From a virus: DNA of 64,000 nt. A model generated the notes under the pieces. It ran no database searches. It worked only from the letters and a program-made list of their open reading frames with translations, and was not told where the DNA came from. The position numbers were made by a program, and so were the translations under genes. Below, in pieces: positions 39,535 through 49,124 of the stretch. The DNA lies in the IMG/VR virus record IMGVR_UViG_3300010430_000025, positions 9,394 to 73,393 of that record. One strand, given 5' to 3'. Each line of letters opens with the position of its first letter. Position 1 is the stretch's first letter.

Positions 39535-39926
39535 GCGAAATTAAAATTGATTTTATAGAGGATTTTGGCACGAAGTACGCTAAAAGATACCCGTTAACAG
39601 CTGCAGGAATATCTGAGTGCATGAATAATAATGAAGATGTTTTTTCTTGTTCTATTGGAGAGTATTTAGACAGAATATTAAAGGGTCATTACTCAAATAT
39701 AAAAGCAATAAGAGCAACTGGCATACAAGATAAAAACGGTAAAGATGTTTTTGAAGGGGATGCTGTAAAAAACTCCGCCGCAAAGTTTGTGGTTGTATTT
39801 AACAAAGGTTGTTTTGCCGTAAAACAAATTGGGCTACCAGATAGAGAGACGTATCTTGCTTTAAGAGCGGCAAAAGAAATTGAAATTATTGGCAATATTA
39901 ACATCAACCCAGAACTTCTAAAATAA
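39531..39926 (+). CDS. YopX-family protein
   Basis: TGIQDKNGKDVFEGD..EIIGNI..NPELL. Confidence 0.85.
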   Translation: MSEIKIDFIEDFGTKYAKRYPLTAAGISECMNNNEDVFSCSIGEYLDRILKGHYSNIKAIRATGIQDKNGKDVFEGDAVKNSAAKFVVVFNKGCFAVKQIGLPDRETYLALRAAKEIEIIGNININPELLK

Positions 39927-40019
39927 AAAACCTCCTGCGGTTAAACAAGAGGCTAAACTTTTATTATGAATACAAAAGGAGACGTTTCCCAACGGTCATT
40001 TGTAGATACAGCAAAGATA
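39925..40019 (-). ncRNA. candidate antisense small RNA (about 85 nt)
   Basis: minus TATCTTTG at 40012-40019, then terminator CCTCTTG..CAGGAGG-TTTTTT inside a plus-strand operon. Confidence 0.55.
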
Positions 40020-40027
40020 CACAAACA

Positions 40028-40390
40028 ATGGGAATAACCAAAATAGATGCTAAAACAGCGAAGTGGTACTTAGAAAGTGAAATAAAAGATATACAATGGG
40101 TTTTTGAACACAGGTTCCACCCAAAGAGAAGGTGGAGATTTGATATGGCTAATATAGAAAACAAAATAGCTATTGAGATTGAGGGAGGAATATTTAGCAA
40201 AGGAAATGGGCAAAAAGGGAGTGGGGCGCATAGCAGCGTAACTGGCATATTAAGGGATATAGAAAAGTACAACAATGCCACAGCATTAGGATGGAGGGTC
40301 ATAAGAGTAGTACCAACAGTATCAAAACTTAATGATATTAAAGAACTTGTAATGGCTATAAAAAGTTTAGATAATGGAGTACCCTTATAA
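40028..40390 (+). CDS. PD-(D/E)XK endonuclease (DUF559/Vsr-like, possible resolvase)
   Basis: EHRFHPKRRWRFD, IAIEIEGG, RDIEKYN.A..GWRV. Confidence 0.8.
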   Translation: MGITKIDAKTAKWYLESEIKDIQWVFEHRFHPKRRWRFDMANIENKIAIEIEGGIFSKGNGQKGSGAHSSVTGILRDIEKYNNATALGWRVIRVVPTVSKLNDIKELVMAIKSLDNGVPL

Positions 40391-40655
40391 TATTTTAATA
40401 TTAAGTGCTGATTGCAAGCACATTAGAGAAAAAATGATGCTCAAAAAACAAAAGAAAGAGCAAATAAAAACGGATATGGAAAAGTTCCCTGTAGGGAGCA
40501 GGGAAAAGGAGGCGGTAGAAACAAGATATACCAACATAAGTTCAGGGTGCAGAGCATTAAAAGCCCTTTTGTGTAAAAGGGAAGACAAGCTAACAGCTAT
40601 GGTATTAGAATTTGAAAAACAATTAGAGTACGACAAACTTTTTAAAAACAACTAA
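40374..40655 (+). CDS. hypothetical coiled-coil protein
   Basis: ORF in operon. Confidence 0.6.
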   Translation: MEYPYNILILSADCKHIREKMMLKKQKKEQIKTDMEKFPVGSREKEAVETRYTNISSGCRALKALLCKREDKLTAMVLEFEKQLEYDKLFKNN

Positions 40656-40662
40656 ATAAATT

Positions 40663-40911
40663 ATGACAGATTTTAGGGGGCTAACAGAAGAGCAGAAGGT
40701 AGAACTAGCTAATTATTTAAGCGAGGGGGCGGACGACATACAGCTAAACAACAACGTAGTAACATTATACTTTGATGAACACGCTTTTAACAAGGTAGAA
40801 GCGGTACACTTTGATAATGAAAAAGTATATATATCAGGAAGGTTTAGCGACAATAGAGACAAGACAGAGCTAGCTGAGGAATGGTTAGAAAACAACAATT
40901 ACACAGATTAA
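40663..40911 (+). CDS. hypothetical acidic protein
   Basis: ORF in operon. Confidence 0.6.
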   Translation: MTDFRGLTEEQKVELANYLSEGADDIQLNNNVVTLYFDEHAFNKVEAVHFDNEKVYISGRFSDNRDKTELAEEWLENNNYTD

Positions 40912-41130
40912 GAATAGGATTATGAGAAAAATATTCATGTTAATACTAAAACTATTATTCCTTTATGCAATGTGCGCTTTACTGGGTGCTTCATTTAACC
41001 CTTTTGAGTGGGATTGGTATGCTAGGGTGTTTGCAGTAATAGGATTAGTAGCTTTTTATCTATCAAACGTAAGCGACTAACCCTTAACTAACCCCTTTAC
41101 TATTAAAGAAAACACGTATAAAACTTAATT

Positions 41131-41463
41131 ATGAATTTACTATTAGAACAAATCAAAAAAGATTTTAGAAAAAACAACAGCTTGCCTGAAAATGCAAGGT
41201 TATCCGAATCCCAGCGAAACGAAATCGCTATTATATACGGCAATGAGTTTGCAAAAGAATATGTCGACTTTATTGATTATAAAGACTATAAACTTGCAGA
41301 TGATGGTTTTTGGCGTGTCAACGGCAAAGGGGAAACATTTGAGTGCGATGATGTTATTGCTCAGTTACACCAACACCTTAATAAAGCTATAAAACAACAT
41401 GGAATAAGCTATACAAATTATGGAAACAAAAAAAACAAGGGCTTTACCATCTCCAAAACTTGA
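41131..41463 (+). CDS. hypothetical protein
   Basis: ORF in operon. Confidence 0.6.
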   Translation: MNLLLEQIKKDFRKNNSLPENARLSESQRNEIAIIYGNEFAKEYVDFIDYKDYKLADDGFWRVNGKGETFECDDVIAQLHQHLNKAIKQHGISYTNYGNKKNKGFTISKT

Positions 41464-41487
41464 TAACAAATAAAAGCTCTAAATAAT

Positions 41488-41901
41488 ATGAACCCAATAT
41501 TTTACACAACACTAGAACAGAGTAAAAAGCTAAAGGAACTAGGTATAGTTCAAGAGAGTGAGAATGCTTGGTTTACTTACGAAAAAATGGGTAATGAACA
41601 AACCCCATCACTTCATTCTTTTTACCATAAGAACTGGCAAGAAGAAGAACAGAGAGCGTACAGAAACTACAAGTTTATAGCCTCAGCCTTTTCAGTAGGT
41701 GAATTAGGGTTGATGCTACAAAGGGGTACGCCTAATTATATTTCGTATATGCAAATGTGGTCTTACAGAGATGCAGGGGAACAGATTAGAAGCTATGACT
41801 ACGAAGCACAAGCAAGAGGTGAAATGCTTTTAGATTTTTTAGAGGCTTATTCTGGTGAAATTAAAACCATCAACCAAAGGTATTTAGAAGCTATTAAATA
41901 A
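41488..41901 (+). CDS. hypothetical protein
   Basis: LEQSKKLKELG..AFSVGELG; distantly like 42133-42540. Confidence 0.65.
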   Translation: MNPIFYTTLEQSKKLKELGIVQESENAWFTYEKMGNEQTPSLHSFYHKNWQEEEQRAYRNYKFIASAFSVGELGLMLQRGTPNYISYMQMWSYRDAGEQIRSYDYEAQARGEMLLDFLEAYSGEIKTINQRYLEAIK

Positions 41902-42119
41902 TGATAGAAGATGAAGAAAAACCAAAGCTAGTTGGATATTTAAACCGAAAATACGGATATAACGGTTTTGAACCAATAGAAGCAGGAACACCAGTATATG
42001 AATTGAATAATAGATATTTTTTTGAAATGAAAATCACATTACCATCACATAATAGAAGCCTTGTTAGACAATGGTTTAGAAAGGATAGCGGACTACTTAA
42101 TCACATAAACATCACATAA
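41901..42119 (+). CDS. hypothetical protein
   Basis: coupled ORF. Confidence 0.6.
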   Translation: MIEDEEKPKLVGYLNRKYGYNGFEPIEAGTPVYELNNRYFFEMKITLPSHNRSLVRQWFRKDSGLLNHINIT

Positions 42120-42132
42120 AAACTATAAAATT

Positions 42133-42540
42133 ATGAACGAATACCAAAAAAGAAACTTTTGCAACCACGACGCTAGTTTAGCTTTGAGGGGATTGGGGTA
42201 TAAGGAAAAAAGCATCGCTGTACATTACAGCGAGAGTCTCTTTGAAGTTTGGCAAAAAGATATTTATATGAACTCCGTTCCAAACTGTATAGCCGCCCCC
42301 ACTTTCTTAGATGCTATTGCTTATCTATGGATAGAGCACGGGATAGATGTGGTTGTGCATGTGTTAACCTATACTGCTGCAATGGAAGGGTATTATCATT
42401 GGAGCGTAGATGAGTTGATAGAAGATAAATTTGATATGTTTACACAATTAGAAGGTGAAGAAAAAACACGTCATCAAGCCTACAACACATCTATAATAAA
42501 AGCCTGTGAGTACATTAAGAAAGGAGAGAAAGATGAATGA
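42133..42540 (+). CDS. hypothetical protein
   Basis: F..H..SL.L..LGY..AAPT. Confidence 0.65.
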   Translation: MNEYQKRNFCNHDASLALRGLGYKEKSIAVHYSESLFEVWQKDIYMNSVPNCIAAPTFLDAIAYLWIEHGIDVVVHVLTYTAAMEGYYHWSVDELIEDKFDMFTQLEGEEKTRHQAYNTSIIKACEYIKKGEKDE

Positions 42541-42778
42541 ATTGCCGCATTATAAAATAAAGTTTGACACAGCAGAATCTAGTAAGGAATTTCAAGAATA
42601 TTGTTTTAATAATGGCTTTACAACGTGGTTTAGAAAACCTATTGATATAGATAATAGCCAGTATTTTCACATTTACCCAAATAAAGTATTAACTAAAATA
42701 ACACCCGAAACATATCGAACAAGTTTTTATGAAGAGATAACATTTCAAAAGTTTAAAGAGAAAGAAATAACTAAATGA
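42533..42778 (+). CDS. hypothetical protein
   Basis: ATG overlapping previous gene end. Confidence 0.6.
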   Translation: MNELPHYKIKFDTAESSKEFQEYCFNNGFTTWFRKPIDIDNSQYFHIYPNKVLTKITPETYRTSFYEEITFQKFKEKEITK

Positions 42779-42876
42779 CTAAAACAATAGAGATACCATT
42801 AAAGCTATGGAGGGCTAACAAGTGAAATCGACAAAAAACTTTTTAAATTTACATTATAATATATTATATTTGAACA

Positions 42877-43065
42877 ATGGAATTAGATAAAACCTATGAG
42901 TACACTATAAGCGAATATGCTACCCTTAAAAAGGTACACGTCCAAACTGTTTACGCATGGAAAGACGGGGGAAATCTTAATCGCCAGCCAGACTACATTT
43001 CCCACAAAAGAATTGGAACGGTTTGGATAATAATATCTTCTACTCCTAAAGAAATAAATGGGTAA
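42877..43065 (+). CDS. excisionase-like HTH protein
   Basis: TISEYA..VHVQTVYAW..KRIG.VW; promoter TATATTTG at 42865-42872. Confidence 0.75.
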   Translation: MELDKTYEYTISEYATLKKVHVQTVYAWKDGGNLNRQPDYISHKRIGTVWIIISSTPKEING

Positions 43066-43804
43066 ACTACCTGCACTTCAATTTTATCCTGCCGACTGGA
43101 GAAAAGATATTGGCGTTCAGAGCCTTAGCCTTGAAGATAGAGCTATATGGTTTGAAATGATTTGCATTATGCACGAAAGTGAGCAGAGGGGGAAATTAGT
43201 AATAAACGGAAAACCAATGACTGATGAAATGGTGGCAAGATTAATAGGAATTTCTGAAAAAAAATACAAAAAATCAAAAGAAAAAATGGAAAATTTCGGA
43301 GTTTTTTCTGTTTCAGATGGAGTAGTATTTAATAGAAGAATGGTAAGGGATGAATATATAAGAAATGTAAGAATAGCGGCTGGCTCAAAGGGTGGGAATC
43401 CTAATTTGACTAAAAATTTGGATAACCAAAAAATAAACCAAACACACGAGCAAACCGACAAGCAAAACACAACCCCTTCATCTTCATCTTCATCTTCAAC
43501 TTCGATAAAGAAAGATAAGAGAGTTTCTACTCTTTTGGATTTTAGTAATTATGAACCTGAATTGGTAGATGCTTTAAAAATTTGGGTTGACTACCGAAAA
43601 GGGAGGGGAGGAAAACTTACAGTTAAAAACCAAAAATCACTCGACTTTCAAAGAGATAGATTAAAAAGACTGAGTAATAACAATAAAAAATTAGCGGATG
43701 CGATTGTAAAATGCGCTACCGAAACTAATTGGGACGGCTTATACCCTATTCCAGAAAATTTAAAAAGCGTGTATTTACCCGAAGAAAAAAGGATGGTAGT
43801 GTAA
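43058..43804 (+). CDS. replication initiator/replisome organizer (YdaU/DUF1376-like)
   Basis: KLPALQFYPADW, AG.KGG linker, poly-Ser, W..YR..W.GL C-domain. Confidence 0.75.
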   Translation: MGKLPALQFYPADWRKDIGVQSLSLEDRAIWFEMICIMHESEQRGKLVINGKPMTDEMVARLIGISEKKYKKSKEKMENFGVFSVSDGVVFNRRMVRDEYIRNVRIAAGSKGGNPNLTKNLDNQKINQTHEQTDKQNTTPSSSSSSSTSIKKDKRVSTLLDFSNYEPELVDALKIWVDYRKGRGGKLTVKNQKSLDFQRDRLKRLSNNNKKLADAIVKCATETNWDGLYPIPENLKSVYLPEEKRMVV

Positions 43805-45651
43805 TGATAGATAACGCAGTAATAGAAGAATTGTTATCTGCCGCAAAAATAAAAACGGTGGTAGAGTCTTATATTCCTTTAAAAAAGAAAGGAATAAATT
43901 GGGTGGGGCTTTGTCCTTTTCATGAAGAAAAAAGCGGGAGTTTTACAGTAAGCGAAGCAAAAGGCATTTACAAATGTTTTGGCTGCGGGAGGTCGGGCAA
44001 CGCTATAAGTTTTTTAATGGAAAGGGGCGATACTTTTTTAGATTCTGTCAATTCATTAGCAAAAACTTTCGGGGTAGAAATTCCTGATTCAAAACCAAAA
44101 GAATATTTTAAACCACAAGAGGTAAAAACAGGGTTAACAGAAAAAGCAGAAAAATACTTAACTCAAACAAGGGGAATAAGTAAAAACACCTTGCTAAGAT
44201 TTGAAATATGCTCTAAAAAGGAGTTTATGCCGCAAATAAGTAAGGAAACCGACTGTATATTGTTTAAGTATTACCGAAAAAAAAACCTTGTAAATATAAA
44301 ATATAGGGACGGAGCAAAAAACTTTAAACTTGAAAAAGGGGCTGAGTTAATTTTTTATAACCTTGATGCAATAGAAAAAACAAAAGAGTGTATTATAGTT
44401 GAGGGGGAAATAGACTGTTTAACAGCTTACGACTGCGGAATACACAATGTAGTAAGCGTGCCTAACGGAGCTTCAAAAGGAAGTCAAAGACTTGAGTACT
44501 TAGACAACTGTGTAGAATACTTTATTGATAAAGAAAAAGTAATAATAGCCACTGACAACGACCAAGCTGGGAAAACACTAAGAGACGAACTAACTAGGCG
44601 ATTTGGGGTAGATAGATGTTGGCACGTAAACTATCCAAGCGGGTGCAAAGACTTTAACGATGTTAAAACAAAATTAGGGGCTGAAAAAGTTGTTGAATGT
44701 ATAAAAAACGCAGAACAACCACCCCTTGCGGGAGTTTTAACTGTAGCTGACATAGAAAAAGAGTTAGACACACTGTTTGTAGAAGGCTATCCTTCTATAG
44801 ACGGGATTGACTGGGTATATTTTGACGAGCTAATAAAATTTTCCTTTGGGAGACTAACCATAATTACAGGAATCCCAAATTCTGGGAAAAGCGATTTTAT
44901 CGACCAAATATCAGTTAGGCTAGCTAACAGGAGGGGATGGAAATTTGGCGTGTTTAGTCCTGAAAGGCTACCTTCCGAAATACATGTTTCAAAATTAGCT
45001 TCGGTTTATATAGGGATGCCCTTTGTTGACTATCCAGATAGAAAAAAAATGTCAACAGACCAATATGTGCAGGCAAAGTATTTTTGTAATGAACATTATT
45101 ATTTTTTGAATGTAGAGGAGGTTGATTGCACAATAGACGGCATTTTATCAAAGGCAGAAGAAATGGTTTTACGGTTTGGCATAAACGGGTTGATTATAGA
45201 CCCGTACAATTATATTGAAAGTAAAAGACCGAATGGAATGAGCGAAACCGAATATGTATCCCTTGTTTTAGGTAAAATTAAAATGTTTAGCTATAAGTAT
45301 AAAGTTCACCCGTTTTTAGTTGCTCATCCAACAAAAATGAAGAAAAACGCAAATGGAAAATACGATATAGCTACTTTATATGACATAAGCGGGAGCGCAA
45401 ATTTTTTTAACAAGACAGACAATGGAATAAGTTTATACAGGAATTACGACACGGGGCTATTAGATGTGTATGTTCAAAAAGTAAAATATTTTTGGGAAGG
45501 AAAGGTAGGTTATACCTCTTTTAAATACGACCCTTATACTTCACGATACAGCACAGAAATGGGAGATTTTGAGCAAGAGTATAAATACGCCCCGTACTTT
45601 GCGCAGCCTACCGTAAAACAATTAGAAATTGAAGAAAAAGAACCTTTTTAA
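43804..45651 (+). CDS. primase-helicase (CHC2 zinc finger, Toprim, Twinkle/T7 gp4-like SF4 helicase)
   Basis: CPFH..CFGC; VEGEID, DND..G, KD.ND; Walker A TGIPNSGKS, IIDP, VAHP. Confidence 0.92.
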   Translation: MIDNAVIEELLSAAKIKTVVESYIPLKKKGINWVGLCPFHEEKSGSFTVSEAKGIYKCFGCGRSGNAISFLMERGDTFLDSVNSLAKTFGVEIPDSKPKEYFKPQEVKTGLTEKAEKYLTQTRGISKNTLLRFEICSKKEFMPQISKETDCILFKYYRKKNLVNIKYRDGAKNFKLEKGAELIFYNLDAIEKTKECIIVEGEIDCLTAYDCGIHNVVSVPNGASKGSQRLEYLDNCVEYFIDKEKVIIATDNDQAGKTLRDELTRRFGVDRCWHVNYPSGCKDFNDVKTKLGAEKVVECIKNAEQPPLAGVLTVADIEKELDTLFVEGYPSIDGIDWVYFDELIKFSFGRLTIITGIPNSGKSDFIDQISVRLANRRGWKFGVFSPERLPSEIHVSKLASVYIGMPFVDYPDRKKMSTDQYVQAKYFCNEHYYFLNVEEVDCTIDGILSKAEEMVLRFGINGLIIDPYNYIESKRPNGMSETEYVSLVLGKIKMFSYKYKVHPFLVAHPTKMKKNANGKYDIATLYDISGSANFFNKTDNGISLYRNYDTGLLDVYVQKVKYFWEGKVGYTSFKYDPYTSRYSTEMGDFEQEYKYAPYFAQPTVKQLEIEEKEPF

Positions 45652-45671
45652 CAACATAAACAATAAAAACA

Positions 45672-46313
45672 ATGGCAATTACAGCAACAAGCGAAGGAAG
45701 TACAAATTTTGAACCAGTACCAGCAGGAACTTTCCCTGCAAGATGTTTTAGCATGATTCACTTAGGAACCATGAATGAAAACATTATGGGAACTGAAAAA
45801 CAGTTAAACAAAGTAAGGATAAGCTGGGAGCTACCTACAGAACTAAAAGTGTTTAAAGAGGAAAACGGGGAACAGCCTTTGGTAATAAGCAAAGACTTTA
45901 CCCTATCTATGAATGAAAAAGCCACCCTCCGAAAATATATGGAAAGCTGGAGAGGTAAAAGCTACACAGAAGAAGAAGCAAAAAGCGTGGATATAACAAA
46001 ATTGTTAGGAGTGCCGTGCCTTTTATCCATAATACACAAAACCAGTAAAAACGGTAAAAAATATGCGGATATATCTTCTGTTACAACTCTGCCAAAAGGG
46101 ATGGAAGTTCCATCACAAATCAACCCTACTTTTGAGCTTAATTATGAAAACTTTGATAACGTTTTGTTTGAAACACTACCTGATTTTATTAAGGATAAAA
46201 TGAAAAAAACACCTGAATATCAAAAGGCTATTAATCCAGAGAGCGAAAACCTTGAGGGAACTGATGACGATGTTCCTTACGTAGATGATGAGCAGGATGG
46301 ATTGCCCTTTTAA
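45672..46313 (+). CDS. SSB-like replication protein
   Basis: PAG..ARC..IHLGT OB-like core, acidic tail DDEQDGLPF. Confidence 0.65.
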   Translation: MAITATSEGSTNFEPVPAGTFPARCFSMIHLGTMNENIMGTEKQLNKVRISWELPTELKVFKEENGEQPLVISKDFTLSMNEKATLRKYMESWRGKSYTEEEAKSVDITKLLGVPCLLSIIHKTSKNGKKYADISSVTTLPKGMEVPSQINPTFELNYENFDNVLFETLPDFIKDKMKKTPEYQKAINPESENLEGTDDDVPYVDDEQDGLPF

Positions 46314-46335
46314 ATTAACTGAAAATTAAACACTT

Positions 46336-46809
46336 ATGAATAACATTTTAGATGAACTAAGCATACTCCCTGAAAACTACAGGGAGTTAAATACTGCTAT
46401 TAAGCAGATAAAGGAGGGGGTAAAAAAAGAGGGGGTATCAGCTTTAAGGGTAAAAGCCCAGCTTAAATACATGGAGTTAATGATTAAAAGGGTTAAAGAC
46501 ATTGTAGATAAGGCGGCTTTAGAAGAAGCGGACAGCTATGGTGATGAAGCCTTTAATAAATATGGTTTTGAGATACAAAAGTCGGAGAACGCAACTAATT
46601 ATAATTACGATAACTGCGGAGACCCTGAATTAGATTTGTATTTAGAAAAAGAGGCTATACTAAAAAGAGACAAGGAAGCAAGGCAGAACTTTTTAAAGTC
46701 ATTGAAAGAAAAGTTTGTTATGATAGATGAAAAAACAGGAGATATACACGAGTTATACCCACCTGTAAAAACCTCTACAACAGGCTTAAAATTCACCTTA
46801 AAAAAATAA
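46336..46809 (+). CDS. hypothetical replication-module protein
   Basis: coiled-coil, YNYDNC.D, D..TG. Confidence 0.65.
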   Translation: MNNILDELSILPENYRELNTAIKQIKEGVKKEGVSALRVKAQLKYMELMIKRVKDIVDKAALEEADSYGDEAFNKYGFEIQKSENATNYNYDNCGDPELDLYLEKEAILKRDKEARQNFLKSLKEKFVMIDEKTGDIHELYPPVKTSTTGLKFTLKK

Positions 46810-46812
46810 ACT

Positions 46813-46980
46813 ATGCACAATTATAAAAGAACAGTAAGCAACCCTCGTATGGCAATAATGCAATGTGAGAACTGCGGAGCAAAGAAAACTGACAGAAACG
46901 GGGTATATACCTACCAAGAAAAGGATAAGCCTGAACAGAAGGTAGAACCTGAGTGTATAAGCAAGAGAGGTGTAAAATGA
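46813..46980 (+). CDS. small zinc-ribbon protein (55 aa, not in ORF track)
   Basis: MHNY..CENCG..EPEC; ATGA overlap with next gene. Confidence 0.55.
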   Translation: MHNYKRTVSNPRMAIMQCENCGAKKTDRNGVYTYQEKDKPEQKVEPECISKRGVK

Positions 46981-47501
46981 GAGTACTAACATTTGCAACA
47001 AGTTTCCCCTCAACACACCCACGAAAGGGTGAGCCTACATACTTTGTAGAAAAGATATTAAACTCCATAAACCACAAATATGAAGTTTCGGCTTATGAAG
47101 TTGATAAACTTTTAGGGTTTAGCTTATTAGACCAGTTTGGAATAAAACTCCTTCCTAAACACCACACAATAAGGGCAGACAGAAAAGATGGGAAAAAATG
47201 GAAAGCTGGCGATTATTTTAGCCCGCGAGTTTGGAGTGGCAGACCACGCGTAAGCAAACAAATAGTAATAGCCCCGCCTATAAAGGTAGAGAAGGTTTGG
47301 GATATAAATATATACCCGACTTACGATGTATGGATAAACGATGAAACCCTTTTACGTATAGGCTCGGAAGATTGGGAAACATTGGCGACAAACGACGGGC
47401 TAAACGGTAAAGATTTAACAGACTGGTTTATACCTAATCCTAAAAAGTTTAAAGGGTTTAGCGGTCAGATTATATGCTGGAATAACGAAATAAATTACTA
47501 A
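46977..47501 (+). CDS. ASCH-like protein
   Basis: KHHTIR..WK.GD..W.GRP..LATNDGL. Confidence 0.7.
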   Translation: MRVLTFATSFPSTHPRKGEPTYFVEKILNSINHKYEVSAYEVDKLLGFSLLDQFGIKLLPKHHTIRADRKDGKKWKAGDYFSPRVWSGRPRVSKQIVIAPPIKVEKVWDINIYPTYDVWINDETLLRIGSEDWETLATNDGLNGKDLTDWFIPNPKKFKGFSGQIICWNNEINY

Positions 47502-47503
47502 TC

Positions 47504-47806
47504 ATGAAAATAACAGATAACGAAGAGTTTAAAAAGGCAAGGCTGTCAAATTTAAAACTTAACAATAGCTCCGCTTATAACACGTCAAAAAGCAGGCATA
47601 TAGACTTAGGCGCAACCTTAGCCCAAAGTATTTTAGAAAAAGAACATGAGGCTTTTTGTGAGTGGATAAATCAAAAAATTGCAGAAGATTGCCTAGAGGT
47701 GCAAAATGAAAAGTGGTGCTATTCTTACGAAAATGGTTTAACTAAACCTTTAAATTACAGTGAACTTAAAGAACTATACCAAAAGGAAAAGGAGAAAACT
47801 AAATGA
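47504..47806 (+). CDS. hypothetical protein
   Basis: paralog of 39226-39534. Confidence 0.65.
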   Translation: MKITDNEEFKKARLSNLKLNNSSAYNTSKSRHIDLGATLAQSILEKEHEAFCEWINQKIAEDCLEVQNEKWCYSYENGLTKPLNYSELKELYQKEKEKTK

Positions 47807-48096
47807 AATACGAGATTAAAACAATGTACACGCCTGTTATACAGGCTAACCACAATTTTTGCATAGCAAAGATAATGGAGGACGGTACTGTATATGAAAT
47901 CGAAAACACTATTATAAATGGTGCTTACAGATGTTCTTTTAATACAAGCACTTCTGCAAAAGAAACCTACGACCAGTTTGGCTCTATAGCTCATATAGAC
48001 TTATGGAATGAAGCTATGGATATATTAATAGCACAGATAGGAGAATTATCAGAGGATATACATAGGACAGGAGAAGATGGGAAGAATAAAGGTTGA
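47803..48096 (+). CDS. hypothetical protein, paralog of 50436-50684
   Basis: NFC.A.I.E.G..EIE, ETY.Q.G. Confidence 0.65.
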   Translation: MKYEIKTMYTPVIQANHNFCIAKIMEDGTVYEIENTIINGAYRCSFNTSTSAKETYDQFGSIAHIDLWNEAMDILIAQIGELSEDIHRTGEDGKNKG

Positions 48097-48310
48097 ATCA
48101 GATATTATCTACACCGTTATAGGGGAGTTTGACTGTGAATGCGGGAAGCCCTTACTTATTAGTTTAGAAAACGAAAGTAACTATTGGGACACCTCCATAT
48201 TAGAAGGAGAAAGAACCACTTGTATTAACAAAGAGTGCTTAAAAGAATATGTTATAGAGAAAGAAGAATACACGGGTGATTTAATAGCAAAAACAACTAA
48301 TGGGAACTAA
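48077..48310 (+). CDS. zinc-ribbon protein
   Basis: CECG..C....C. Confidence 0.6.
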   Translation: MGRIKVESDIIYTVIGEFDCECGKPLLISLENESNYWDTSILEGERTTCINKECLKEYVIEKEEYTGDLIAKTTNGN

Positions 48311-48488
48311 AGAGTACAAAACAGAAACAGTAGCGCAAAGAACTTCAAAAGAGGTTTTAAAGCGAATATTAATGATAAATGCTGCTTCAAAAGCTACAGC
48401 TAAAAAAATAGCTCAACATTATACTAAAAAAGATTTTGCTTACCACTATGGAGGTACTGCAACACGTATAGAAACAATAGTAAAATGA
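48300..48488 (+). CDS. hypothetical protein
   Basis: coupled ORF. Confidence 0.55.
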   Translation: MGTKEYKTETVAQRTSKEVLKRILMINAASKATAKKIAQHYTKKDFAYHYGGTATRIETIVK

Positions 48489-48949
48489 TACAGCGCAAAC
48501 CTAAAATATGTATTGACTGCCAAGAAATGAAGTTAATATGGGCGCATAAAAGGTGTCAAACCTGCGATGGTAAGTATAGAAGCAAAAACACTAAGCCTAA
48601 GCCACGCAAGGCTATAAAGCAAAAGTACAACCCTACAGGTGAGAAAGAAGTGTTTGAAAAGATAGCCTTAGAACGACCTCATGAGTGTTATGTTACTGGA
48701 GAAGTTATAAAACACTTAGGTATATCTAATTGTGCTCATGTTTTGTCAAAAAAGTCAGCCCCTTTATTTAGGTTAAACCCCGACAACATACAGTTTTTAA
48801 GTTTTAAGGCACACTACCTGTATGATTTTGGCACAAAAAAACAACGAGAAGATTTTGGGTATAGTGAAGGGTGGGAAAAGCTATACCTTTTAAAAGAAAA
48901 GTTACGTGAGGAATATAAGGAGCTTGAAAAAACATTAAAACTTATCTAA
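48485..48949 (+). CDS. HNH/NinG-like nuclease with zinc finger
   Basis: CxxC..CxxC, CAHVL..NI..L..H..YD. Confidence 0.7.
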   Translation: MIQRKPKICIDCQEMKLIWAHKRCQTCDGKYRSKNTKPKPRKAIKQKYNPTGEKEVFEKIALERPHECYVTGEVIKHLGISNCAHVLSKKSAPLFRLNPDNIQFLSFKAHYLYDFGTKKQREDFGYSEGWEKLYLLKEKLREEYKELEKTLKLI

Positions 48950-48988
48950 TAAAATAATCTTTTTTATTGTATTATTAAAAAGTATTTA

Positions 48989-48996
48989 TATCTTTG
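48989..48996 (+). promoter_or_regulatory. sigma-A -7 element
   Basis: TTG..TATCTTTG. Confidence 0.7.
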
Positions 48997-49124
48997 TATT
49001 GCAATTGATAGTTACCCGTTATGGTAAAAACAAAAGTCGAACCAAGTCTAATGCAAGGAAAGGGTTTAATGCTAAAATGCGGTAGGCGCGCATATAACGG
49101 GTTTTAAATTTAGTAATAATTAAA

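Noticed and set aside
43729-43803. TTG-start extension of the primase-helicase
   Set aside because: Overlaps the initiator; the coupled TAATG start at 43804 fits the domain boundary.
2591-45651. Introns, inteins or a diversity-generating retroelement
   Set aside because: Terminase, portal, capsid and helicase have normal uninterrupted lengths, and no reverse transcriptase or template/variable repeat pair was seen.
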